In this document: positions 23,310-34,320 of the stretch, piece after piece
How the letters are laid out: every line of letters starts with the position of its first letter
How positions within the stretch are numbered: position 1 is the first letter of the stretch
Source: Leucoraja erinacea
Lineage: Eukaryota
DNA length: 64,000 bases
Assembly (NCBI RefSeq): GCF_028641065.1
Contig: NC_073407.1
Location: 28,024,001-28,088,000, forward strand
Direction: 5' to 3'
The notes under the pieces: generated by a model
The model's input: only the letters and a program-made list of their open reading frames with translations
What the model was told of the DNA's origin: nothing
The model's database searches: none
Position numbers and translations under genes: made by a program

Positions 23310-23605
23310 TCAGGGCTCTGCCTCTGTGGGGACTGGGCATCTCTCTGGGACGGCCGTCCCCGAGAGGGCAGTGTGCCTCCAACTGTCCTCCCGCAGGGCT
23401 GCTGCCACTCGAGGCTGACTGCGCTGGACTGCACTGGAGATTTGCTGCAGTTTCCAGTCTGTTCTGATCAATGCATCGTCCAGGGTGAAAACTCCATCTC
23501 GTGTACGTCGCACACTGGTACACACCGCTGATGATTTCAGCTCCAAGCCAATCTCATGGATGATCTTGCGCAGGTACTGCTGGGTCTCGTGGACACACTG
23601 GACCT
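23310..23605 (-). CDS. TRUB2: TRUB2 exon 8 (last)
   Basis: (E)VQCVHETQQYLRKIIHEIGLELKSSAVCTSVRRTRDGVFTLDDAL...AEP*. Confidence 0.94.
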
Positions 23606-26600
23606 CTGTGGGAAACGGAAAACAAAGTGAGGGACTGCTGGGCAGAAGGAGCCAGGATCATCAATGAGAAACCCCCTGGACCAGTCACACCACACAGCAA
23701 CACTGCGACAACCCGTATCTGACCGCTGGGATATCCAGAGTTTAGCGGACTCACTGGCTGACAGTCACAAGGGCTGACGGGGGCATTCACTACTACTGTG
23801 TAATAACTAATAAAAAAGTAAAGTAAAGGTGGTTGAGAGGATTAGTTTGGATCTGTTTTTCTGAGCACACCACATTATCATTGTCACTGCACCACAGGTG
23901 ATCAGACACTAGTGTGTCAGTGCAGTACAGGTGAGCAGACACTGGTGTGTCAGTGCAGTACAGGTGAGCAGACACTGGTGTGTCAGTGCACTACAAGTGA
24001 TCAGGCACGAGTGTGTCATTGCAGTACAGGTGATCAGACACTAGTGTGTCCGTGCACTACTAGTGATCAGACACAAGTATGTCAGTGCAGTACAAGTGAC
24101 CAGACACGAGTGTGTCATTGCAGTACAGGTGAGCAGACACGAGTGTGTCCGTGCAGTACAAGTGACCAGACACTAGTGTGTCCGTGCAGTACAAGTGACC
24201 AGACACAAGTATGTCAGTGCAGTACAAGTGACCAGACACGAGTGTGTCATTGCAGTACAGGTGAGCAGACACGAGTGTGTCCGTGCAGTACAAGTGACCA
24301 GACACTAGTGTGTCAGTGCAGTACAGGTGATCAGACACTAGTGTGTCCGTGCACTACTAGTGATCAGACACGAGTGTGTCCGTGCGTTCACCGCAGCAGA
24401 GGCAACATGGACCTTACAGTAAGGGATGTAAATTATCTTCACTTTACCAACATACCCAGAGTGAAGTTAGGAAGGGAGAACTGGCTGCACCGAATGCCGG
24501 TGATGATGGGAGGGGACTTGTGCAGTGGCCGTAACATCCCTCGACAGGCAAGCTCATACGCCGCTTGGCTTTTCAAATCAATGCCGGAATACCTAGGGTG
24601 GGAGAGTTGACATGGTTAGCCCCACACATCCACCGCCTGACACACCTGTTCCCCACCCATGGGCTTAGACACACTCTCATACCCATCTATATGCTGAATA
24701 TGGCTTTGGGACAGACTGTTCCTAAAGACTGTACTATAGATGTTCCTGACAGACTACAATAACTGGTCCTACAGACTGGACAGTGAGCTTTGAATCGAGT
24801 ACTGCCCTTGCCCAGATACATACGTGATGAGAGCTTTCTGGTGACTGCCCTGGATCACAGCGATGATGCGCTCCAGTCTGTCCAGGGTGATGTGATCTGC
24901 AACAACAGTGTAGTTTTAGTACAAACATCCCCACACCCACTTCCTCAGTGGCCCAGACTGCAGTGTTACAGTACAGATGTCCCCACACTTGCATTCACAC
25001 AATGGTCGTGGGGCCCAGGGCACAGCCTGCAGTGTTACAGTAAATATGTCCCCACATTTGCATTCACACAGTGCTTGTGGGGCCTGGGTCACAGCCTGCA
25101 GTGTTACAGTACATATGTCCCCACACTTGCATTCACACAGTGCTTGTGGGGCCTGGGGCACAGCCTGCAGTGTTACAGTTCAACAGTGCTGCATCCTAAG
25201 GGGCACAGCCTGCAGTGTTACAGTACAACAGTGCTGCATCCTAAGGGGCACAGCCTGCAGTGTTACAGTACAACAGGTTACAACAAACGGCATTTCGTTT
25301 GGACCTCCAGGGGTCCAAATGACAAATAAATTGACTCTTGACTCTCTTGACTCTTGACTCAACAGTGCTGCATCCTAAGGGGCACAGCCTGCAGTGTTAC
25401 AGTACAACAGTGCTGCATCCTCAGGGACCCAGCCTGCAGTGTTACAGTGAAGCACCAGGAACACCGATTCCTCACTCAGCCCCATTTAGCATCGAGGGTA
25501 GAATATACAGCAGGCTGGACAGAATCAAACTAACTAGGAACTGACTCCCAAACCTAATGAGCGTGGGGAGGCACCAACAATGGTTTTTCCACAGGGGCCA
25601 CACGGTCAGCCACAATGACAATGGAGCAGATGTTCTGACGTGGATGAAGTTTAAGGGATACACACACAGAGGGTGGGACTCTGGGGAGGTGTGAGGGAGG
25701 GGTGGTAGCTGGCACTGGGGAGCTGGTGCTGAGTGATTGGGGCAATGAGCTGGGGGGGGAGGGGGGGCTCCTTTCCCATATCATCTTGCTCCCACCCCAT
25801 CACCCAATTTCCTACCCTTACCCCCCTCCTGCTCCACTTCTATCTGCCTTTACCTCTCCACGGGATTACCTCAGCACATTGTTTGTGGCTTATATAAAAC
25901 TGGGGCATCTGGTCAATGAGTTGTGTCCACTACCCATCACTGTGTGGGGCAAGAAACATATCAATGCTGCTGAGAACACTGACCGTAGGTTGTCTTCTCA
26001 ATCAGCCTGCCCGTGTCGGAGAAATCCTCTGTTGCTGTTCCGAAGCTTCCGTGTACTGTGTATTCCTGGGAAGCCAGAACACTGGACCATTAACATGAAA
26101 CAGCAGCCTCAATTGCAACCTGGACAGAAAGCAGCAACTTTATCCTGCCCTTGGACAGTGAGTGGGAGGAAGCAACATCACCAGCTCCTGTTCACTGTCC
26201 AGTAAACTTGGCTGCACCAAGCTGAACATACATGGAGTTTATTACAGTGAACGGGCCACACTTCATCCCTCTCCTCCCCCACCGCCGAATACTCTGACTG
26301 AAGAAGCCTCATGTACTGAAAGCCTTCTTGACTACCCTATCTCCTGTGACATCACTGTCAAGGAACAGTGTACCTGCACTAGATCCCTCTGCTCCACAAC
26401 ATTCCCTGTCTATCTGTGACATCACTGTCAGGGAACTGTGTACCTGCACTAGATCCCTCTGCTCTACAACACTGCCCAGGGCCCTGCCATTCACTGTGTA
26501 GGACAGTCCTGCCATCCCAAAATGCAACACCTTGCACTTCTCTGCATTAAGCTTCCATTGATCAGCCCACTTGCCCAGCTGATCAAGTTTTTGACAACCA

Positions 26601-29600
26601 TCGTCACTATCTACGATACCACCCACTTTAGTGTCATCTACAAACTTACTCATCATGTATTCTACATTCTCATCCAATTCATTGGAATATAGTCTGACGA
26701 AGGGTTTTGGCCCGAAACTTTGCCTATTTCCTTCGCTCCATAGATGCTGCTGCACCCGCTGAGTTTCTCCAGCACTTTTGTCTACCTTCATTGAAATATA
26801 CCACAACTAGCCCGTTCCCATCCACCTCAACCGTCAGACCGCTCACATTAAAATAAATGCAGCCGTGCTCCTGCCTATTCATCACCTTCCAATCCGACGT
26901 CCAGCCTCTCACCTGCCTGTCCTGCATTGTACTCCTCCCCCCCTCCCATACCAATCTAGTTGAGGAGGTGGCTTCTGCAGAGGAGAGTGCGATGATGCTA
27001 GGGTAGGGAAGGCCACCAGCTGGGCATGCAGCTCCCTCTATTCTTACCTTGGTCAGATGACAGTCCTGCAGGTAAGACAATTGCTTGTTGCCGCTGCCAA
27101 CTGCGAGCACTGTGGAGAGACAATGGGGCCGTGAGAGACTCTACCTACATGACATTCCACACAGCATATGCCAAAGCCCCCCTGAGGTACACTAGAGCTA
27201 CCGAGCTGATTGTGGGGACAGCACTCGCACCCCCACCTTGCGCAAGATGCAACTTCCACAGCACCTACAGGTTGCCGTCCATCTGCCCTTCCTCACGCTG
27301 CTTCCAAAACACTCAGACCTGATGTGTGGTATCTCAGCACCACTTTTGCAGCCAGCCTCCTCACCCGTTGCCCTGCCAGGTACCAAACTCTCTGTGTCTT
27401 TCATCAGCCCCTTAGAGTGCAATATCCAAAACCAAGAGCTGGAAATGCAGGGAACACTCAGCAAGTTCAGTGACCTCTGTACAGAAAAATGAAGAATTCA
27501 GATCCAGCACAGGTCATTAGATGCATCCTCCACACACAGACTTGCCCGGTGTCGAGTGCACACTGGGTATTCACTGACTGCTGGTTTTGATACTCGATTA
27601 AAGTTAGTTTGTTCTAATCTGAAACACAACTCCCTTCAATATTTTGCATTTTTATTTATTTCTGATTCCAGCATCTGCAGTTTTTAAAATTTCTAATTTT
27701 ATTTGTTATCTGTTGAGATTTTTAAAGCATTTGATAGGATGGAAAGTCCTGAACAAGCAGGCCAATTTGAAGAATTCACAGATTGGTTGGGGACCAGCTC
27801 CATCCAAGACCGCAGGAAATGGCAGAGAATTGTGGACGCAGCCCAGAACATCACACAAACCAACTTCCCTTCCATTCTCCATCTATACCTCACGCTGCCT
27901 CGGCAAGGCCAGCAGCATAATCAAGGACAAATCACACCCTGGCCACTCCCTCTTCGCCTCTCTCCCATCAGGCAAAAGGTGTAGAAGTGTGAAAACACAC
28001 ACCTCCAGATACTGGGCCAGTTTCTTCAGTTACTATCTGGCAACTGAACCAAGCTACCACAACTAGAGAACAGTCCTGAGCTCCTCACCACCTTATTGGG
28101 GACCCTCAGACTATCTTTGATTGGACTTTACTCGTTTTACCTGCACTAAACTTTATCATGTATCTGAACATGGTGAATGGCTCGATTGTAATCATGTATT
28201 GTCTTTCTACTGACTGGTTAGCACACAAACAAAATCTTTTCACTGTACCTCAGTAGAAGTGACAATAAACTAAAATAAATAACTGCCTGGAGCAGGGTCA
28301 CTCCAAACCACTGCTGTGGCCCCAAGCACATTGCCAACGCCGGAAAAACCTTCAACATCCACCAGTATGACTAAACATACTAACATTTAAATGAATATAT
28401 AAAATACAAACATTTGAGCAGATTTTAATCAGCTGAAGGGCTAGTGATGAGAGAAGCTGCAAGATTTTGCAATCTTCCTATCCAACACGACTGAACTCTA
28501 ACAGCAACTGGTCATGGCAGGACTGAAGAGATGTTTAAGGAACTGCAGATGCTGGAAAAATCAAAAGTAGACAAAAAATGCTGGAGAAACTCAGCGGGTG
28601 AGGCAGCATCTACAGAGAGAAGGAATAGGCGACGTTTCGGGTCGAGACCCTTCTTCAGACTGAAGAGTTTAGTAAGTTTATTGTCATGTACAGTGAAAAG
28701 CTTTTGTTGCATGCTAACCAGTCATCAGAAGGACTATACAAGATTTCAATCAGGCCTTCCACGGTGTACAGATACAGGATAAAGATAAAGTCCAGCAAAG
28801 TCCGATCAAGGATACGCCGAGGGTCACCAATCAGGTCAATAGTAGTTCAGGACTGCTCTCTAGTATGTAGTAGAATGTTTCAGCTGCATGACCTAACCCT
28901 AACCCAGTTAGGAAGAAACTGTCCCTGAATCTGGAGGTGTGTGATTTCACACGTCTGCAACTCTTGCTGATGGGGTCCAGGTACCTTGTGCTTATGAGTG
29001 GCACTGACAGCAATCATCCCACTGTATCTTGGGGCCTGTGATAATAAAGACACTGTTGAAAATAGAGAGTGGGTCCACGTGAGGATCTTCCTGGAGATCC
29101 AGCAGCTGCTGAACAAACTCCAATGGCCACTGCTGGCTGGGGCATTGGGGCAGCTTATCCTGGGCTGGAGAGCCTGTTAGCCTGTGAACAGGATCCAACC
29201 AGACACTCGGGTGCTGGGGCTGTGATCCACACCAGTCAGACCAGCCGAGACCAACATTTCCAGCGTTAAATTGCCATTTTGCTCTTTTACAAAATCTTAA
29301 AACTTATAATTTCATCATAAACACACATGCGCTGTGATTGAATAATCGGATAAACAACAAAACGCTGAGGACACAGATTCAATGCCAGACTCACCGAACA
29401 CACCAGATGATCTCCAGTCCAGGCGATGACCAGCTCCTATCCTCAAACCAACAAACTTTGGGCCTCTCACTGCAACACACAACACGGTTCATACAGTGTG
29501 GAAACAGGTAACACATCAACATATAAAACACTAAGCAGACTCCCAAACCCAGCATTAAACACTCCAATACAGCAGACTCCCAAACCCAGCAATAAACAAT

Positions 29601-32162
29601 AAACTCCAAGGCAGACAAAAATGCTGGAGAAACTCAGCGGGTGAGGCAGCATCTATGGAGCGAAGGAAATAGGCAACATTTCGGGCCAGCATCTGTAGTT
29701 CCTTCTTAAACATTAAACACTCCAATACCGCAGACACCCAAACCTGGAATTAAACACAATACATCAGACTCCCAAAGCCAGCATTGACCAATACTGCAGT
29801 GTGTGTCCCTCTACCCAGCACTTAACTCCAACACTACAGCATATCAGTTCTCATGGACAACATTGGTTCCCCCCCCCTCCCTCTCCAGAGGCCCTCCCTT
29901 GCCCCTTACCCCGTGGGTGGTTGGCCAGGGCAGGCAGCTGTGCGACAGTCAGGTTGGTTTCTGTGCCACTTATACCCTGGCTGGTGGTCGGCAGAAAGCG
30001 GATCTGATCGTGTGGAAGTGGACATTCCGACGCGTTGAGGTCTGGCGATGGAATGAAAGGATGAGACTTGTCACTAGTTCCCACCTGGATCACGCATGAG
30101 CACGGAAGACTCATCATAGTGTGATCACCCCCAGCTAATGGAGTTACCACTTGCAGCAAACTGTGGGCTCGATCTACAGGTTCCCCCTGCATCAACATTC
30201 CTCAGCGCCGTTTACTTGACCAAGGTTGACCAAGGGAAGCAGGGCAAACAATGCAGTTACCACATACAATGTAAATATTTTATGTCTAGTGGCATAATGA
30301 TCCCACAAGGGTTGGTGTGAGAGGAGGCTCCGTGTCACAGATCAGTATCCAGCGATCAGCATCGGATGCTTGGGCCCAGTAGGGACAGGATGGGGGGGGT
30401 GGGGTTATGGCGGGGGGGGGCTAGTGAAGGGGAGCGGAAGAGGGGGGGGGGCGTTGGTTTGGAGGGGGGGGGCGTTGGTTTGGAGGGGGGCTGATGGTGA
30501 GCTGGGTGATGGTTGGGGTTATATTGAGGGGGGGGGGGGGGGGGGTTATAGTGAGGGGGGGGGGGGGTTATAGGGTGATTTCACTAAAGGTCACTGGAGC
30601 GTAGATCCGCACCCACGTGACCAAAATTCTCAAGTGGAGGACACTCGAGGGTTCGGTACATGTTAGTGGATGGGAAAAAACGCATTTTCCCACCCGTTAA
30701 AAACATAGAAAACGGCGAGGTTGTGAGCTGCAATTTACTGTGCCAGTCGGGGTGACCGTGAGGCACAGCTACCTAGATTTACAGGGGGAAAAAAAGATAG
30801 CAAGTAAGGTAAATTCAAGAGGGAACTGAAGGTACCAAACCGACGGAAATGAACAGCCGACATTTGCCGTGGATATTTAAAGGTCCAAAATATCGGGAAT
30901 TATCGCGTTTGCTCGCTGAATTTCATCAAAAGTAAGGCATTATTAACTTACCTTTGATAAATTCAGCGAGCAAACGCGATAATTCCCGATATTTTGGCGG
31001 GGGTTGTGGTTGGGGGTCACCAACCGAGGCACGGGAGCCGGGGGTCAGGGGGCGTGTGTCCGGGGTCAGGGCCGGAGACTCACCGCGGACCAGGCCGGTC
31101 TCCACCGTGAGCCGGGGGTCAGCGGTCAGGGCTGGGGGTCAGGGGTCGGGGACCCACCATGCACCAGGCCGGTCTCCACCGTGTGCGGGGGGGTCAGGGG
31201 TGGGGGTCAGGGACCCACCATGCACCAGGCCGGTCTCCACCGTGTGCCGGGGGGTCAGGGGGTGGGGGTCAGGGGTCGGGGACCCACCATGCACCAGGCC
31301 GGTCTCCACCGCGTGCCGGGGGTCAGGGGCCGGGGGTCAGGGGCCGGAGACCCACCGTGCACCAGGCCGGTCTCCACCGTGTGCCGGGGGGTCAGGGGTC
31401 AGGGGTCAGGGCCGGGGGGGGTCAGGGGTCGGGGACCCACCGTGCACCAGGCCGGTCTCCACCGTGTGCCGGGGGGTCAGGGGTCGGGGGTCAGGGACCC
31501 ACCGTGCACCAGGCCGGTCTCCACCGTGTGCCGGGGGTCAGGGGTCAGGGGGTCGGGGCCGGGGGGGTCAGGGGTCGGGGACCCACCGTGCACCAGGCCG
31601 GTCTCCACCGCGTGCCGGGGGTCAGGGGTCGGGGTCGGGGGGCGTGTGCCGGGGCCGGGGGTCAGGGGGCGTGGGTCCGGGGCCGGGGGTCCAGGGTGCA
31701 CACCGCGTGCCGGGGGTCAGGGGTCAGGGCGGGGTCAGGGCCGGGGGGGTCAGGGGTCGGGGACCCACCGTGCGTGCCGGTCCACCGGGTCCGGGGGGGG
31801 CAGGGGCCGGGGGGTCAGGGGTCGGGGACCCACCGTGCACCAGGCCGGTCTCCACCGCGTGCCGGGGGTCAGGGGACCAGGGACCCACCATGCCGGTCTC
31901 CACCGCGTGCCGGGGGTCAGGGGGCCGGGGGTCAGGGGGTCAGGGGTCGGGGCCGGGGGTCAGGGGTCGGGGACCCACCATGCACCAGGCCGGTCTCCAC
32001 CGCGTGCCGGGGGGTCAGGGGTCAGGGGTCGGGGCCGGGGGGGTCAGGGGTCGGGGACCCACCGTGCACCAGGCCGGTCTCCACCGCGTGCCGGACGCTT
32101 CGCCAGTTGACGGCGGGCGGTTTGTAAACGGCGAAGATGCCGCGGAGGGAGCGCGCCGCCAT
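23310..32162 (-). CDS. TRUB2: Mitochondrial pseudouridine synthase TRUB2 (~318 aa)
   Basis: Exons 32162-32063, 30041-29910, 29469-29395, 27109-27048, 26065-25984, 24896-24824, 24592-24456, 23605-23310 (957 nt, in frame). Motifs GIFAVYKPP, GHRLD (catalytic Asp), GRLIEKTTYDH, IHEIGLELKSSAVCTSVRRTRDG. Confidence 0.96.
23893..24385. repeat. 33-bp minisatellite GCAGTACAGGTGATCAGACACTAGTGTGTCAGT
   Basis: Direct observation. Confidence 0.93.
24456..24592 (-). CDS. TRUB2: TRUB2 exon 7
   Basis: YSGIDLKSQAAYELACRGMLRPLHKSPPIITGIRCSQFSLPNFTL. Confidence 0.94.
24824..24896 (-). CDS. TRUB2: TRUB2 exon 6
   Basis: (D)HITLDRLERIIAVIQGSHQKALI. Confidence 0.94.
24955..25450. repeat. Tandem repeat with core CACAGCCTGCAGTGTTACAGT, interrupted by an 83-bp retro-insertion
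   Basis: Direct observation. Confidence 0.88.
25984..26065 (-). CDS. TRUB2: TRUB2 exon 5
   Basis: EYTVHGSFGTATEDFSDTGRLIEKTTY. Confidence 0.94.
26305..26680 (-). mobile_element. CR1 RT fragment
   Basis: SKFVDDTKVGGIVDS...KCKVLHFG. Confidence 0.85.
27048..27109 (-). CDS. TRUB2: TRUB2 exon 4
   Basis: (V)LAVGSGNKQLSYLQDCHLTK. Confidence 0.92.
27775..28280 (+). mobile_element. Rex1/Babar-like LINE 3' fragment
   Basis: SIYTSRCLGKASSIIKDKSHPGHSLFASLPSGKRCRSVKTHTSR; tail GACAATAAACTAAA. Confidence 0.8.
28662..28955 (-). mobile_element. Rex1/Babar-like LINE 3' fragment
   Basis: RRVKSHTSRFRDSFF; tail GACAATAAACTTACTAAACT. Confidence 0.7.
29395..29469 (-). CDS. TRUB2: TRUB2 exon 3
   Basis: (V)RGPKFVGLRIGAGHRLDWRSSGVF. 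Confidence 0.93.
29910..30041 (-). CDS. TRUB2: TRUB2 exon 2
   Basis: (D)LNASECPLPHDQIRFLP...LPALANHPR. Confidence 0.9.
30571..30997. mobile_element. Probable non-autonomous DNA-transposon fragment ending in a fold-back
   Basis: Sharply bounded AT-richer, CpG-retaining block between G-rich tracts; 39-bp perfect inverted repeat at its end. Confidence 0.45.
31035..32062. repeat. Minisatellite made of TRUB2 exon-1 3' end plus donor copies separated by GGGGTCA spacers
   Basis: About 12 copies of GACCCACCRTGCACCAGGCCGGTCTCCACCGYGTGCCGG. Confidence 0.95.
32063..32162 (-). CDS. TRUB2: TRUB2 exon 1
   Basis: MAARSLRGIFAVYKPPAVNWRSVRHAVETGLVH; donor G/GTGGGT. Confidence 0.92.
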
Positions 32163-32245
32163 CTTGCTGCCGGCGTCGTCACTTCCGGCCCTGGAGGTCC
32201 CGCCCAACTCGCCTCCCCGTTGGCCGGCGGCTGCTGATTGGACGC
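32155..32245 (-). promoter_or_regulatory. TRUB2 core promoter motifs
   Basis: AAGATGGCGGC (YY1-type) over the ATG, CCGGAAGT (ETS/GABP) 32188-32181, CCAAT 32241-32237. Confidence 0.6.
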
Positions 32246-32574
32246 TGGCCCGTCACTCAGCGGGACGGGCAGCATCTGTCACCCGTTCCTTCCCACAGAT
32301 GATTCAGATTCAACTTTAATTGTCATTGTCAGTGTACAGTACAGAGACAACGAAATGCATTTAGCATCTCCCTTGAAGAGCGATGAAGATGCCGCCTGAC
32401 CCGCTGAGTTTCTCCAGCACTTTGTGACTTAGGCAGATGTTCTGTTTAACAAAATCGAAGGTAGACAAAAATGCTGGAGGAACTCAGCGGGCGAGGCAGC
32501 ATCTATAAGCGAAGGAAATGTGGGCCGTTTCGGGTCGAAACCTTCTTTCTTCAGACGCTCTGCTCGGTTTCCCT

Positions 32575-32882
32575 CGGGGCAGTCCAGAATCAGGGGTCAC
32601 AGTTTAAGAATAAGGGCTCGGCCATTTAGGACTGAGATGAGGGGGAAGAAAATCACCCAGAGAGTTGTGAATCTGTGGAATTCTCTGCCACAGAAGGCAG
32701 TGGAGGCCGATTCACTGGATGTTTTGAGAGTTGGCTTTAGCTCTTCGGGCTAACGGGGTCAATGGATATGGAGAGAAACAGGAACGGGGTGCTGATTGTG
32801 GATGATCAGCCGTGATCATATTGAATGGCGATGCTGGCTCCAAGGGCCGAAAGTCCTACTCCTGCACCTATTGTCTATGTTA
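32575..32882 (+). mobile_element. CR1 LINE 3' end
   Basis: RGHSLRIRARPFRTEMR..TQRVVNLWNSLPQKAVEA. Confidence 0.88.
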
Positions 32883-33219
32883 TCCAACCCGCGTAACATG
32901 GCGGCTCCAGCATCACCCATACACACAGAGTGCCGGAGTCATTCGGCCGGACAACAACCCACCTGAGCTTCCTCTGCCGGGAGGAAACTGGAGGAGCAGC
33001 GGTCGTTTACAGCCTACATCATGAATATTTGATTTCTCCACTTTCTAGTAATCTCCCTGCTCGCCGGGACAGAGATGTCCCCGTCCCCCCCTTCCGATTC
33101 TCATGTTCCACCCCGTCCCCCGACAGATGTGCTGACCCGTGTATGACAGGCCACTTTACCAATGGTCACTAAGTGAACTGCTGGTGACCTAACCCGAGCA
33201 GAGAGGTCTCGACCAGCAA

Positions 33220-33690
33220 ACCATATAACAATCACAGCACGGAAACAGGCCATCTCGACCCTTCTTGTCCGTGCCGAACACGTATTCTCTCCTAGTCCCA
33301 TATACCTGCGCACTTTCCCGTCCATATAACTATCCAATTTATTTTTAAATGATAAAACGAACCTGCCTCCACCACATCCACTTGAAGCTCATTCCACACA
33401 GCCACCACTCTCTGAGTAAAGAAGTTCCCCCTCATGTTACCCCTAAACTTATGTCCCTTAATTCTCAAGTCATGTCCTCTTGTTTGAATCTTCCCTATTC
33501 TCAATGGGAAAAGCTTATCCACGTCAACTCTGTCTATCCCTCTCATCATTTTAAAGACCTCTATCAAGTCCCCCCCCCCACCCTTAACCTTCTGCGCTCC
33601 AAAGAATAAAGCCCTAACTTGTTCAACCTTTCTCTGTAACTTAGTTGTTGAAACCCAGGCAACATTCTAGTAAATCTCCTCTGTACTCTC
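33220..33690 (-). mobile_element. CR1 LINE 3' end
   Basis: [12 protein letters not shown]...TRGHDLRIKG..FFTQRVVAVWNEL. Confidence 0.88.
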
Positions 33691-33759
33691 TCTCTCTCTC
33701 TCACACAGACCATTGTGAAGCAAGGACTCAGACGCACAGACTCTTTATCACGGAGATGT

Positions 33760-33765
33760 TTTATT
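33760..33765 (-). terminator. Polyadenylation signal of the MAMDC4-like gene
   Basis: AATAAA on the minus strand downstream of the TM/cytoplasmic exon. Confidence 0.65.
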
Positions 33766-34132
33766 GAAGAGCGGACATGAATCGTTCCAGCGAGGGTCAC
33801 TATGGATCAGCCACACCGAAGCCCCGGACCGTCTCCACCGGCACCGTGTCCTGTGTGTGACCGACAACAGCAGCTCAGTTCCAGTCGGTGCAGAGAGGGG
33901 CGAGCGGACACTGGGACTCAGTCTGTGTACCTGCACCCCGACCGCTCACCACATCCCAGCCACACGTCCACGTGCCAACCCCACCCTCCACCACCCCTCC
34001 CTCCCTCCATCCCTCCCTCATCCATCCCTTCATCCTCTCCTCTCCTCCCCCCCCGCCTTCTTACGGCTTGGTCCCTCGCTCCTCACCCTCCCTTCCACCC
34101 CCCCCCCCCCCCCCCCCCCCCGGGCCCCGTTG

Positions 34133-34320
34133 TCACAGTACCTTGTTACGGTTTCGGTAGCTGATATTGTCAAAGCCGAAGGTTGCCCGAAACTCGTTCA
34201 GGCTCCGACCGAAGCCGGCGCTCCTGTTTTTGTACCAGTACATTGTGGCCACAGCGAGACCCATCAGCAGAAGCACAAGAAGGATCCCAGCAACAACGAT
34301 TCCAGCAGTGTTGCCCGCAC
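34133..34320 (-). CDS. MAMDC4: TM plus cytoplasmic exon (stop at 34133, or spliced at donor 34142 to a short last exon)
   Basis: Hydrophobic helix, then FGFDNISYRNRNK. Confidence 0.85.

Noticed and set aside
23912-24610. Cys-rich 232 aa ORF (metallothionein- or KAP-like); similar ORFs at 18380-19166 and 39307-41142
   Set aside because: 33-bp and other tandem repeats, antisense or intronic to real genes.
33748-33936. Long extra C-terminal coding exon of MAMDC4
   Set aside because: Acceptor lacks a pyrimidine tract and the frame runs through the AATAAA; more likely 3' UTR, though a short spliced last exon cannot be excluded.
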